Shown here: positions 29,156-38,167 of the stretch, piece by piece
Numbering within the stretch: the stretch's first letter is position 1
Layout: each line of letters begins with the position of its first letter
NCBI GenBank assembly: GCA_018382295.1
Contig: JAGZQF010000009.1
Location: 7,618 to 71,617 of the forward strand
Length of the DNA: 64,000 bases
Direction of reading: 5' to 3'
Source of the DNA: Collinsella sp.
GTDB taxonomy: Bacteria > Actinomycetota > Coriobacteriia > Coriobacteriales > Coriobacteriaceae
The notes under the pieces: generated by a model
Told to the model about the DNA's origin: nothing
The model's input: the letters and a program-made list of their open reading frames with translations, nothing else
The model's database searches: none
Position numbers and translations under genes: made by a program

Positions 29156-29233
29156 CGTTGGCACCGCAACATCGCTCGTAACATGTAGAATAGCCGCCCG
29201 GTTCGCGCCAGGCGGCTATTCTCGAATAACAAC

Positions 29234-31528
29234 ATGGGAGACAATATGGCTGATTCCAGCAAAAAGATGCAGATCGTGTTTGCCTCGGCCGAGTGCGCGC
29301 CGTTTGTAAAGACCGGTGGCCTGGGCGACGTGGCAGGCTCGCTGCCTGCGGCGCTTGTGCGCGCCGGCGCCGAAGTTATCGTGATGGTGCCCAAGTACGC
29401 CACCATCAAGGACGAGTACAAGGCGCAGATGGAGCACTTCTCCGACTTTTACGTGAGCCTGGGCTGGCGCAATGAGTACTGCGGACTCGAGAAGCTCGAG
29501 CACGACGGCGTCACGTATATGTTCATCGACAACGAGCGCTACTTTGCGCGCGACTATCCGTACGGCTTCTTTGACGACGGCGAGCGTTTTGCGTTCTTCT
29601 CCAAGGCCATCACCGAGAGCCTGCAGCACCTGCCGGCCGGCTTTGAGTGCGACATCCTGCATTGCAACGACTGGCAGACGGCGCTGGCGCCCGTGTTTTT
29701 GCGCGAGTTTTACCAGGGCCTGCCGCTGTACGACCGCGTCAAGACCGTGTTCTCGATCCACAACGTGGCGTTCCAGGGCCAGTTTAGCGACACCGTGATG
29801 GAGGACATCCTGGGTGTGGCGCATATTCCCGCGGCCGCGTCGCAGCTGCGTTGCGACGCCTGCAGCATCAACTACATGCTGGGCGCCCTGCGCTATGCCG
29901 ATGCCATCACTACGGTGAGCCCCACCTATGCCAACGAGATCCAGACGCCCGAGTTTGGCGAGGGCCTGGACGGCGTGCTGCGCGAGCGTTCGTACGCGCT
30001 GCAGGGCATTTTGAATGGCATCGACGTCGCGGGCTTTGACCCGGCGACCGACAGGCGCATTGCCGCCAACTACACGGTTGATGACCGTTCCGGCAAGGCC
30101 GTGTGCAAGGCCAAGCTTCAGGAAGAGCTGGGGCTCGAGGTTCGCGACGACCGCCCGCTCATGGTGATGGTCACGCGCCTGACGCGCCAGAAGGGCATGG
30201 ATCTGGTCATGTACGCGCTCGACCGCATCCTGTCCGGCGGCGTGCAGGTGGCGGTGCTGGGCACCGGCGACCGCGACTACGAGGACGGCCTGCGCTACTT
30301 CCAGGACAAGTACCCCGGCACCATGGCCGCACGCATCGAGTTCGATCCGGCGCTGTCACAGCGCATGTATGCTGCCGCCGACATGTTCCTAATGCCTTCG
30401 AAGTTTGAGCCCTGCGGCCTGTCGCAGATCATCGCCATGCGCTACGGCACGCTACCCATCGTGCGCGAGACCGGTGGCCTGAAGGACACCGTGATCCCGT
30501 ACAACGAGTTTACCGGCGAGGGCACGGGCTTCTCGTTTAGCAACTTTAACGGCGACGAGATGGGCGACGCGGTGTTCCGCGCGGCGCGCCTGTTCTGGGA
30601 TAACCGTGACGCCTGGAACCAGCTGGTCACGCAGGCCATGAGCCAGGACTTTAGCTGGACGCGCTCGGCCGACAAGTATCTGGACCTGTACTTCTTTATG
30701 CATCCGGAGATTGAGAGGCCGGCGGCAGTTGTCGACGAGCCTAAAGCTGTTGCTGAGCCGGAGTCCAAGGCCGAGGAGAAGCCGGTTGAAGCTGAGCCCG
30801 CAAAGGCCGAGCCTGAGGTGAAGGCTGAGGTTGCTCCTGAGGCAAAGGCTGAGGTCAAGCCCGCTGCAAAGCCCGCAGCTAAGAAGACCACGACCCGCAA
30901 GACGACCACTAAGAAGGTTACGACGACCAAGTCTGCCGCGACTAAAACAACGGCTGCCAAGGCAACGACCACGCGCAAGCGCACGACCGCCGCTGCCAAG
31001 AAGGCCGCCGAAGCCGAGGCTGCTCCCGAGGTAAAGGCCGAGGTCGCTGAGGCCAAACCGGCCGCCAAGGCTCCGGCAAAGACTGCTGCCAAGAAGACAA
31101 CGGAAGCCAAGAAGACCACGGCAACGAAGTTGACGACCACGAAGGCCGCCACGACCAAGTCAGCCGCAAAGCCGGCAGCCAAGGTCGAGGAGACGCCTGC
31201 AGAGTCCAAGGCGGAGGTAACCGTCGAGACCAAGCCCGCCGCCAAGACCACCACGCGAAAGCGCACGACGACGGCCAAGAAGACCACGGCAAAGACCACG
31301 ACTCCCAAGGCAGAGACTAAGCCAGCTGCTGCCAAAGAGGAGCCCAAGGCCGAGGTAAAGACTAAGCCGGCGCCGAAGGCCGCTGAGGTCAAGGCCGCAC
31401 CGAAGGCAGAGACTAAGCCCGAGCCTGCCAAGGAGACCCCGGTCTCCCCCGCCGCTCCGGCAGAGAAAAAGGCCCCGTCCAAGAAGACGTCCGTCCGCAA
31501 GGCAACGGCCACCCGCAAGCGCCGCTAG
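29234..31528 (+). CDS. glgA: Glycogen synthase GlgA (GT5) with ~280-aa Lys/Ala/Thr/Glu/Pro-rich low-complexity C-terminal extension
   Basis: KTGGLGDV motif (FASAECAPFVKTGGLGDVAGSLP). The catalytic domain ends near residue 480. Residues ~485-764 are repeats of AKxE/PEVKAE and TT(R/K)K(R)TT units with no internal RBS or start. The whole is one continuous ORF. Confidence 0.9.
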   Translation: MGDNMADSSKKMQIVFASAECAPFVKTGGLGDVAGSLPAALVRAGAEVIVMVPKYATIKDEYKAQMEHFSDFYVSLGWRNEYCGLEKLEHDGVTYMFIDNERYFARDYPYGFFDDGERFAFFSKAITESLQHLPAGFECDILHCNDWQTALAPVFLREFYQGLPLYDRVKTVFSIHNVAFQGQFSDTVMEDILGVAHIPAAASQLRCDACSINYMLGALRYADAITTVSPTYANEIQTPEFGEGLDGVLRERSYALQGILNGIDVAGFDPATDRRIAANYTVDDRSGKAVCKAKLQEELGLEVRDDRPLMVMVTRLTRQKGMDLVMYALDRILSGGVQVAVLGTGDRDYEDGLRYFQDKYPGTMAARIEFDPALSQRMYAAADMFLMPSKFEPCGLSQIIAMRYGTLPIVRETGGLKDTVIPYNEFTGEGTGFSFSNFNGDEMGDAVFRAARLFWDNRDAWNQLVTQAMSQDFSWTRSADKYLDLYFFMHPEIERPAAVVDEPKAVAEPESKAEEKPVEAEPAKAEPEVKAEVAPEAKAEVKPAAKPAAKKTTTRKTTTKKVTTTKSAATKTTAAKATTTRKRTTAAAKKAAEAEAAPEVKAEVAEAKPAAKAPAKTAAKKTTEAKKTTATKLTTTKAATTKSAAKPAAKVEETPAESKAEVTVETKPAAKTTTRKRTTTAKKTTAKTTTPKAETKPAAAKEEPKAEVKTKPAPKAAEVKAAPKAETKPEPAKETPVSPAAPAEKKAPSKKTSVRKATATRKRR

Positions 31529-31564
31529 CCCACAGACGATCCAAAACCTAATCAAACCCTATGC

Positions 31565-31597
31565 AAGGGGCGCTCCAACCGGGCGCCCCTTCTCTGT
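31565..31597 (+). terminator. Hairpin terminator after glgA
   Basis: AAGGGGCGC-tccaaccgg-GCGCCCCTT followed by tctctgt (weak U-tract). Confidence 0.4.
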
Positions 31598-31746
31598 AGG
31601 TAGTTGGTAAAACGATTTTCTAGGACAACCGTTCGCCGATGGTAAACGGATGTTGTTTATACAGCCTGTGTACAACAGATATACTTACATCCTGTGCGTA
31701 AAGCCCATGGCCCGCAGGCCGTGATTCTATTGAACTGGACCGTATT

Positions 31747-34700
31747 ATGAGATTGATTCACAACAGCCGTCTGCCGCAGTTTCGTACTCCGTTTGGCGCT
31801 GTGACCACTGGAACTTCCGTTTCGCTATCGGTGATTTTGGAGGATGCCGACCCCAACCAGGCAACGCTTACCCTGCGTACCTGGGTCGATGAAATCGGTG
31901 AGTCTCTGTATCCCATGACGCACGAGGGCGACGGCATATTTACCGTAGAGCTTGAGTGCACCGAGCCCTGTCTTATTTGGTACAGCTTTATCTGCAACAT
32001 CGAGGGCCAGCCCGAGGTCCGCTTGGGTGCACCGCAGGGTCGCACCGGTGGCGAGGGTGTGACCTACGATTACGCCGAGGTCCCGTCGTTCCAGATTACC
32101 GTCTACAAGCATCGCGAGAACCGTCCCACCTGGTACGAGCGGGGCATGGTCTACCAGATCTTCCCCGACCGCTATGCCCGCGACGAAAACTGGCGCGAGC
32201 GAACGCTGGCCGAAGTTGAAAAACCGCGCAACGGAATCCAGCGCCGCATGGTCGAGGACTGGAACGAACCGCCCGAGTACGAGCGTGCCGAAGACGGCTC
32301 CATCAAGACCTGGGATTTTTACGGCGGCTCGCTCAAGGGTATCCAGAATGACCTGCCTCGCATCGCCGAACTGGGCTTTACAGCCATCTACCTCAACCCC
32401 ATTTTTGAAGCCGCGAGCAACCACCGCTACGACACCGCCGATTACACCAAGATCGATCCGATTCTGGGCACCGAGCAGGACTTTACTGAGCTGTGCGAGG
32501 CGGCCGAGAAGCTGGGCATTTCCATCATTCTGGACGGTGTGTTCAACCACACGGGCGACGATTCGATCTACTTTAACCGCTACGGCAACTATCCCGGTGT
32601 CGGCGCGTGGCAGAGCGAGGACTCTCCGTGGCGTGATGCGTTTTATTTCCACGAGGACGGCTCGTACGACTGCTGGTGGGGCGTGGGCAATATGCCCGCC
32701 ATCAATGAGAGCTCCGAACTGGTACGCGAGCGGATTCTGGGCAAGGACGGTATCATCCGCAAATGGCTGCGCGCCGGTGCCCATGGCTGGCGCCTCGATG
32801 TGGCCGACGAGCTTTCCGATGACTTCCTGACCGAGATCAAAAAGGCCGTGCTCGCCGAGAAGCCCGACGCGCTGCTGCTCGGCGAGGTCTGGGAAGATGC
32901 CTCCAACAAGATCAGCTACGGCCATCTGCGTCGCTATCTACAAGGCTCCGAGCTCGACTCGGCCATGGATTACCCCTTCCGCGACATGGTCATCGGCTTT
33001 TTGATGGGCTACAAAAACGCCTACCAAGCAGCCGAGGATATCGAGACCCTGCGCGAGAACTACCCGCGCGAGGCATTATCCTGCGCGCTCAATCTGCTGT
33101 CGAGCCACGACCGCCCGCGCATTATCTCGGTGCTCGGCGGTGGCCCCGACGAGTCGCAGCTGCCCGAGAGTGATCGCAGCAAATGGCGCCTGGACGAGAA
33201 CTCCATGGGCCTGGCCAAGAGCCGCTTTTGGCTGGCGACGCTCATGCAGATGACGTTCCCGGGCGTTCCCTCAATCTATTACGGTGACGAGTACGGCTTG
33301 GAGGGACTCACCGATCCGGGTAATCGCCGCACCTTGCCGACCAAGGAAGACCTGCACGACTTCGATACGTTCGCAATCGTCAAGAACGCATCTGCTGTGC
33401 GCCGCGCGCTGCCGTTTATGATCGACGGTGAAATCAAGGCCTTTGCGCTCAATGACGAGGTGCTGGCCTACAACCGTACCGGTAAAGACGGCGAGTCCGC
33501 GACCGTCATCATCAACCGCAGCCTGCGCAACTCGCATCGTGTGACGATTCCGGCGCTCGACGAATGTGCAAGTGACGTGATCAGCGGTCATGAGTGCGAG
33601 ATCCACAACGGCACGGTCACGCTCGACCTGTACCCGCTCGGTTCGTCGATCATCTATCACCACGCCGAGCAGCGCCTGCAGGAGCCGCTCGATCACGGTG
33701 CGGGTGTTGTATGCCATATCACATCAGTGCCGACCGACGACGGCGAGCCCGGTACGATCGGCGCGCCCACGCGTCGTTTTATCGACCATCTGGCCGCCAT
33801 GGGCATGCGCTACTGGCAGGTTCTCCCCGTCAACCCCACGGACTTCTTCCGCTCCCCTTACGCCGGTCCTTCGGCCTTTGCAGGCAATATCGACCTGCTG
33901 CCCGAAAGCCACGAGGAGCTGGCAGCCGACTTTGAGACCTGGAAGGCCCGCGGAGGCGAGGATGCCGATCCGCTGTACACCGCGTTTAAACATCGCAATG
34001 CCGATTGGCTCGAGAAGTACTGCGTCTACATGGCCGTCAAAAAGTACTTTGAGGGCGAGTCTCGCCACAATTGGCCGGCAGATGTCGCTCGCTACAACGA
34101 GCATCTAATCGACGACAAGCGCTTCCACAACGAGGCCGAGCTTCAGGCGTACATGCAGTACCGCTTTGACCTCGCTTGGTGTGAGCTCATGAACTATGCG
34201 CACAAGAAGGGCATCGAGGTCATCGGCGATATTCCTATGTACGTGTCCGACGATTCGGCAGACGCGTGGAGCGAACCCGAGAACTTCTGGCTGTCCGATA
34301 CCGGCAAGGCGATTGAGATTTCCGGCGCGCCGCCCGACAACTTTGCGCCCGAGGGCCAGATGTGGGGCAACCCGACGTTCCGCTGGGACCACATGAAGCA
34401 GAACGGCTATAGTTGGTGGATGGATCGCCTGCGCCGCGCGTTCTCGCTCTACGACCGCGTGCGTCTGGATCACTTCCTGGGATTCCACAGCTATTACAGC
34501 ATTCCCGCGGGCAAGGCATGCGCCGACGGCCGCTGGCTGGCGGGCCCGGGCAAGGACCTGTTCCAGACCGCCTATGACGAACTGGGTCCGCTCAACTTTA
34601 TCGCTGAGGACTTGGGCTATCTGACGCCCGGTGTTCGTGCCATGGCATCGACCTGCGGTTTCCCCGGCATGGACGTGCTGGAGTTTAGCGACTACGACGT

Positions 34701-35043
34701 TCGTTGCGGTGTGCATCCCACGCCCGGCAAGATTCTGTACACCTCGACGCACGATACGTCGACGCTGGCCGGTTGGTGCACCCGTACCTTTGCGGGCGGC
34801 GATGAACCGAGCGGTGTTGAGGTGGCGGCCAAGCTGATGAGCGACGCGCTGGCAAGCGACGCTCCCCTGGTGATGATGCCACTGCAGGATGTCCTGGGGC
34901 TTGGCGACGACGCGCGCATGAACGTTCCGGGCGTGGCCACGGGCAACTGGACCTGGCAGGCTGACGAGGCGGACATTGCAGCCGCCGAGAACAAAACCGC
35001 ACAGCTCCTGCGCAACAACCATAGATTCTGGGGTGAAGCGTGA
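31747..35043 (+). CDS. malQ: Fusion protein: N-terminal GH13 alpha-amylase/neopullulanase-type domain + C-terminal GH77 4-alpha-glucanotransferase (amylomaltase, MalQ-like)
   Basis: GH13 regions: DGVFNHTGDDS, GWRLDVADE (nucleophile region), LLGEVWED, LLSSHDRPR. From about aa 640 GH77: GAPTRRFIDHLAAMGMRYWQVLPVNP, SPYAGPSAFAGN, DHFLGFHSYY, YTSTHDTSTLAGWC. Single ORF of 1098 aa. Confidence 0.8.
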   Translation: MRLIHNSRLPQFRTPFGAVTTGTSVSLSVILEDADPNQATLTLRTWVDEIGESLYPMTHEGDGIFTVELECTEPCLIWYSFICNIEGQPEVRLGAPQGRTGGEGVTYDYAEVPSFQITVYKHRENRPTWYERGMVYQIFPDRYARDENWRERTLAEVEKPRNGIQRRMVEDWNEPPEYERAEDGSIKTWDFYGGSLKGIQNDLPRIAELGFTAIYLNPIFEAASNHRYDTADYTKIDPILGTEQDFTELCEAAEKLGISIILDGVFNHTGDDSIYFNRYGNYPGVGAWQSEDSPWRDAFYFHEDGSYDCWWGVGNMPAINESSELVRERILGKDGIIRKWLRAGAHGWRLDVADELSDDFLTEIKKAVLAEKPDALLLGEVWEDASNKISYGHLRRYLQGSELDSAMDYPFRDMVIGFLMGYKNAYQAAEDIETLRENYPREALSCALNLLSSHDRPRIISVLGGGPDESQLPESDRSKWRLDENSMGLAKSRFWLATLMQMTFPGVPSIYYGDEYGLEGLTDPGNRRTLPTKEDLHDFDTFAIVKNASAVRRALPFMIDGEIKAFALNDEVLAYNRTGKDGESATVIINRSLRNSHRVTIPALDECASDVISGHECEIHNGTVTLDLYPLGSSIIYHHAEQRLQEPLDHGAGVVCHITSVPTDDGEPGTIGAPTRRFIDHLAAMGMRYWQVLPVNPTDFFRSPYAGPSAFAGNIDLLPESHEELAADFETWKARGGEDADPLYTAFKHRNADWLEKYCVYMAVKKYFEGESRHNWPADVARYNEHLIDDKRFHNEAELQAYMQYRFDLAWCELMNYAHKKGIEVIGDIPMYVSDDSADAWSEPENFWLSDTGKAIEISGAPPDNFAPEGQMWGNPTFRWDHMKQNGYSWWMDRLRRAFSLYDRVRLDHFLGFHSYYSIPAGKACADGRWLAGPGKDLFQTAYDELGPLNFIAEDLGYLTPGVRAMASTCGFPGMDVLEFSDYDVRCGVHPTPGKILYTSTHDTSTLAGWCTRTFAGGDEPSGVEVAAKLMSDALASDAPLVMMPLQDVLGLGDDARMNVPGVATGNWTWQADEADIAAAENKTAQLLRNNHRFWGEA

Positions 35044-35087
35044 TAAAACCCCCGATATAGGGTACAGTTACAGACGTTTGAATTTAT

Positions 35088-35116
35088 GCGGGCAGAGTAA
35101 TCTGCCCGCTTTGTGC
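35088..35116 (+). terminator. Hairpin terminator after the GH13-GH77 gene
   Basis: GCGGGCAG-agtaat-CTGCCCGC followed by tttgtgct. Confidence 0.4.
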
Positions 35117-35131
35117 TGAAAAGGAAGTATT

Positions 35132-35341
35132 ATGGCGCGCTACGATTACAAGTGCTCGAGCTGCGGCAACGTGTTTGAGGTTGAGCATCCCATGTCCGAG
35201 ACTCCCGAGGTCGTGTGCCCCAGCTGCGGTGCCCCGGCGGCCAAGACGTTCTCGGCCAGCGGCATTAAATTTGAGGGCAGCGGTTTCTACAACACCGATC
35301 AACGAAGCGGCGGCTCCAGTACCAACGCCACCAGTGGCTGA
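35132..35341 (+). CDS. FmdB-family zinc-ribbon protein
   Basis: MARYDYKCSSCGNVFEVEHPMSE...VVCPSCGAPAAKTF...GSGFY: two CxxC pairs and the family-typical Y(D/E)Y(K/R)C start. 69 aa. Confidence 0.8.
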   Translation: MARYDYKCSSCGNVFEVEHPMSETPEVVCPSCGAPAAKTFSASGIKFEGSGFYNTDQRSGGSSTNATSG

Positions 35342-35379
35342 TGCGCCAACTGCCCGCATAGCCACTAGGAACCAAGCAG

Positions 35380-35420
35380 CCCCGCGACCAAAACCGATCG
35401 CGGGGCTATTTCTTTGCTCT
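35380..35420 (+). terminator. Rho-independent terminator after the zinc-ribbon gene
   Basis: CCCCGCGA-ccaaaaccga-TCGCGGGG followed by ctatttctttgctct. Confidence 0.55.
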
Positions 35421-35456
35421 ATGGGTAGTTAATTAAGCTACCCAGGTTTCCTTGTG

Positions 35457-35523
35457 AGTTGCGGTGAAATAAGGACTGTTTGGCGGGCAGAAGCGGCTTT
35501 TCATTCCCTATTTCACCGCAACT
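35457..35523. repeat. Copy A of a ~70-nt element with conserved inverted termini AGTTGCGGTGAAAT...ATTTCACCGCAACT and a variable interior
   Basis: Left end gagttgcggtgaaataaggactg, right end ctatttcaccgcaacttag. About 17-bp terminal stem. Located between convergent genes (zinc-ribbon + / rsmB -). A second copy is at 51698-51765. Confidence 0.6.
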
Positions 35524-35529
35524 TAGTCG

Positions 35530-36930
35530 TTACTTGTGGACCAGTCTGGCGCAGAAGTGGCCGTCGTAGGAGTCGGCGTTTACCGGCACGCTTTGGAAGA
35601 GGCCTCGATCGTTCTGGCGTACGGATACGAGCTTCTTGGCCTGATCGAACTCGGGGAGTTGCAGAATCTGTGCCTCGGAAAGCGGTGCCACGCTAAAGCC
35701 GGCACCCTCGGGAGAAGCAAGGAACGCGTCCACCACCTGCGTGTTCTCCTCGTCGAAGACGGAGCACGTCGCATAGATGAGCTCGCCGCCGGCAGCCACG
35801 CGCGCGGCGGCTTCCTTGAGCATCGACAGCTGCAGTTTGGGCAGCTCAACCGTCACATCCTTTTCGGTCAGACGCCACGGAATCTCGGGATGACGACGCA
35901 TGGTTCCGGTGCCCGAGCACGGCGCATCGATAAAGACCGTGTCGAATTTAACCGGCTCGCCAAGCATGGCATCAAACGATGTGAGCACCTCATCAAGCTC
36001 GCAGGCATCGCCCGAAACCGTACGAACGCCCTGAATACCCGCCTTGTGAAGGCGCGCGAGATTTAGGTCGCACTTACGGTCATGAAGATCAAGTGCCGTA
36101 TGCAGACGCTCATAGCCGGCGCGCTTGGCCTGGCACATCATCACATAGGTCTTGGTACCGCGACCGGCGCCAATCTCAAGGCAGCTTCCAGGGCGCGTGG
36201 CAGCTGTGGCGATGAGCTGAGCGTTAAGGTCCGAGGCCACCGCGGCAGCACGCTCAAACACACCCGAAGCAACGGTAACCTGGGCATCAACCGGAGCATG
36301 GCTGCCCGGGAAGACAGGCGCGACGAGCTGCGAGATATACGGATCGGGCTTAGTCGCAAAGGCGTTCTCATGCAGGGCCAGCGGCGCGGGGGCCAGATTG
36401 CCGGCAAAGTTAAGCGCACCCTCGGGCGTGTCAAACGACGCCATAATACGAGCGCACAGCCAACGCGGCAGACCCATCAGGCGCGACAGACGAACCAAGC
36501 GTCGCTCAGACTCGTCTACATCGGACGCCGTGGCAAAGTCCTCAACGTTGTCCGCGACCTTATGCAGCACGGCATTGGCCAAACCGGCGGCAGACTTAGC
36601 TCCGCTGCGCACCAGCTCAACGCCCTGACTCACCGCAACGCGGCCAGGCGTATGCAGATAGAGCATCTCGAAGGCTGAGATACGAAGTGCCATGCGAACA
36701 CGCGGCGCAACCTTTTTAGGCTTATCGAGAAACTGATCGAGCAGCTCGTCCAAAATACCCTGCGTAGCGGCCACACCCAGCGCCAAGCGGGCGGCAAAAG
36801 CGGAATCGCGCTGGTCAATAGCCTTGGCCGATGCGCGAGTGGACAGCACGTCACGCGCATACATGCCGCGGCGATCGGCCTCCATTAGCACATCGAGCGC
36901 AAGTTTGCGCGCGGGAGACAGCTTGCTCAT
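35530..36930 (-). CDS. rsmB: 16S rRNA (cytosine967-C5)-methyltransferase RsmB/Sun
   Basis: N-terminal NusB-like region (ARKLALDVLMEADRRGMYARDVL), C-terminal SAM-MTase with DAPCSGTG and a PC motif region. Start at MSKLSPAR, 4-nt overlap with fmt. Confidence 0.85.
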   Translation of the reverse strand: MSKLSPARKLALDVLMEADRRGMYARDVLSTRASAKAIDQRDSAFAARLALGVAATQGILDELLDQFLDKPKKVAPRVRMALRISAFEMLYLHTPGRVAVSQGVELVRSGAKSAAGLANAVLHKVADNVEDFATASDVDESERRLVRLSRLMGLPRWLCARIMASFDTPEGALNFAGNLAPAPLALHENAFATKPDPYISQLVAPVFPGSHAPVDAQVTVASGVFERAAAVASDLNAQLIATAATRPGSCLEIGAGRGTKTYVMMCQAKRAGYERLHTALDLHDRKCDLNLARLHKAGIQGVRTVSGDACELDEVLTSFDAMLGEPVKFDTVFIDAPCSGTGTMRRHPEIPWRLTEKDVTVELPKLQLSMLKEAAARVAAGGELIYATCSVFDEENTQVVDAFLASPEGAGFSVAPLSEAQILQLPEFDQAKKLVSVRQNDRGLFQSVPVNADSYDGHFCARLVHK

Positions 36931-37847
36931 GACAAAACACCCCAGATAAGATCGGCGCCTTGCAGCCCAGCAGCCCAAGCAGAAGCGGCCATGGCACGCT
37001 TGCCATCGGGCTTAACCTCGAGCAGTTCAACCGCACCATCGGAAAGGCCAAGGAAAACACGCTTATTCTTAACGTCAATGCCGCCCTTGCCAAGCGAAAC
37101 ATCGGTCAGCGCAGCATCGAGCACACGCACGGTCTTGCCGGCAATCACGCAACGAGCAGGCGCGGTATCGGACGAAGCGAGCACATGACGCACGCAATCG
37201 AGCGCAGCCATCTGCGGATCCAGACGCATCTCCAGCTTGGAAATCTTGACAGCATGGGTAACGAGCGCCTCATCCTGTTCAGTCCACACGGCGGTGCCAT
37301 CGGCAAGAGAAGGAAGCGTATCGGCAAGCAGTTTGCCGCCCAGCTCGCCAAGCTCCATAGTCAGTGCCTCAGCATGCTTACCGGCAACCGACGTGGAAGC
37401 CTGAGCACAATAAGCACCAGTATCCACGCCATGCCCGATGCGCATGATAGAAACGCCAGCAACCTCATCACCAGCAAGAATGGCACGCTGAATAGGAGCA
37501 GCCCCCCGCCAACGAGGCAGCAAGGACGCATGAACATTCACAATGCCGAGCGGCGCCATGTGAAGAACCTCATCGGGCAAAATGCAACCATAAGCAGCCA
37601 CACAGAAAATATCGGCATCCGCAGCTTGGAGCGCCTCAACAACCTCGGCCGTCATACGATTTGTCTCAACAACCGGCAACCCCAGCTCAAGCGCCTTGGC
37701 CTTAACAGGAGAAGGCTCAAGCTTCTTACCACGCCCACGAACAGCATCAGGGCGAGTAATAACAAGCGCAATCTCATTCCCAGCCGCAACAAGCGAAGTC
37801 AACGAAGGAACAGCAAAATCAGGCGTACCCATAAATACAATACGCAT
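36927..37847 (-). CDS. fmt: Methionyl-tRNA formyltransferase
   Basis: MRIVFMGTPDFAVPSL..., HASLLPRWRGAAPIQRAIL. 306 aa. Confidence 0.9.
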   Translation of the reverse strand: MRIVFMGTPDFAVPSLTSLVAAGNEIALVITRPDAVRGRGKKLEPSPVKAKALELGLPVVETNRMTAEVVEALQAADADIFCVAAYGCILPDEVLHMAPLGIVNVHASLLPRWRGAAPIQRAILAGDEVAGVSIMRIGHGVDTGAYCAQASTSVAGKHAEALTMELGELGGKLLADTLPSLADGTAVWTEQDEALVTHAVKISKLEMRLDPQMAALDCVRHVLASSDTAPARCVIAGKTVRVLDAALTDVSLGKGGIDVKNKRVFLGLSDGAVELLEVKPDGKRAMAASAWAAGLQGADLIWGVLS

Positions 37848-38063
37848 AAAGAACGTCTCCCCTCAACCAAAGCCGAGACGGCTACAAAGAACAGCGGAAA
37901 GCCAAGTACCAAGCCTATCCGCAAGAACAATTCAACAAGAACAAATATACCCAAAACCAAAGAAAGAGCCGCATAAAAGCAGCCCTCCCAACAAAGCACC
38001 TATCAGCGAAGACGCCCCTCTCTGGCCCGACGGCACCCGGGCGAGACAAGCAGCGTCAACGTA

Positions 38064-38159
38064 GTCCCCGGGGCGCCCGCCTATATCGTCCCGCGCGCAG
38101 TTTCGCAGCGCAGCGAGAATGTTTGAGCACGGGATGATATAGGCGGGCGCCCCGGGGAC
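38064..38159. repeat. Long near-perfect inverted repeat (30-bp arms, 1 mismatch, 36-nt spacer) in the def-fmt intergenic region
   Basis: Left GTCCCCGGGGCGCCCGCCTATATCGTCCCG (38064-38093). Right CGGGATGATATAGGCGGGCGCCCCGGGGAC (38130-38159). Read directly. Confidence 0.6.
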
Positions 38160-38167
38160 GGACAAAC

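Noticed and set aside
30680-31528. Possibility that the K/A/T-rich region after glgA is a separate histone-H1-like gene.
   Set aside because: There is no in-frame start with an RBS. The region is continuous with the GlgA catalytic domain in one frame, and the opposite-strand ORFs (30442..31518 and others) are Ala/Gly/Ser-rich antisense artefacts.
35457-35523. Integron attC site or CRISPR repeat interpretation of the AGTTGCGGTGAA...TTCACCGCAACT element.
   Set aside because: The core does not match attC GTTRRRY/RYYYAAC. There are no neighbouring integrase or cas genes. The copies are 16 kb apart rather than arrayed with spacers.
35454-35696. 80-aa ORF starting inside repeat copy A and running antisense into rsmB.
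   Set aside because: It begins within the palindromic repeat, overlaps the rsmB 3' end on the opposite strand and is Arg-rich nonsense. Interpreted as non-coding.
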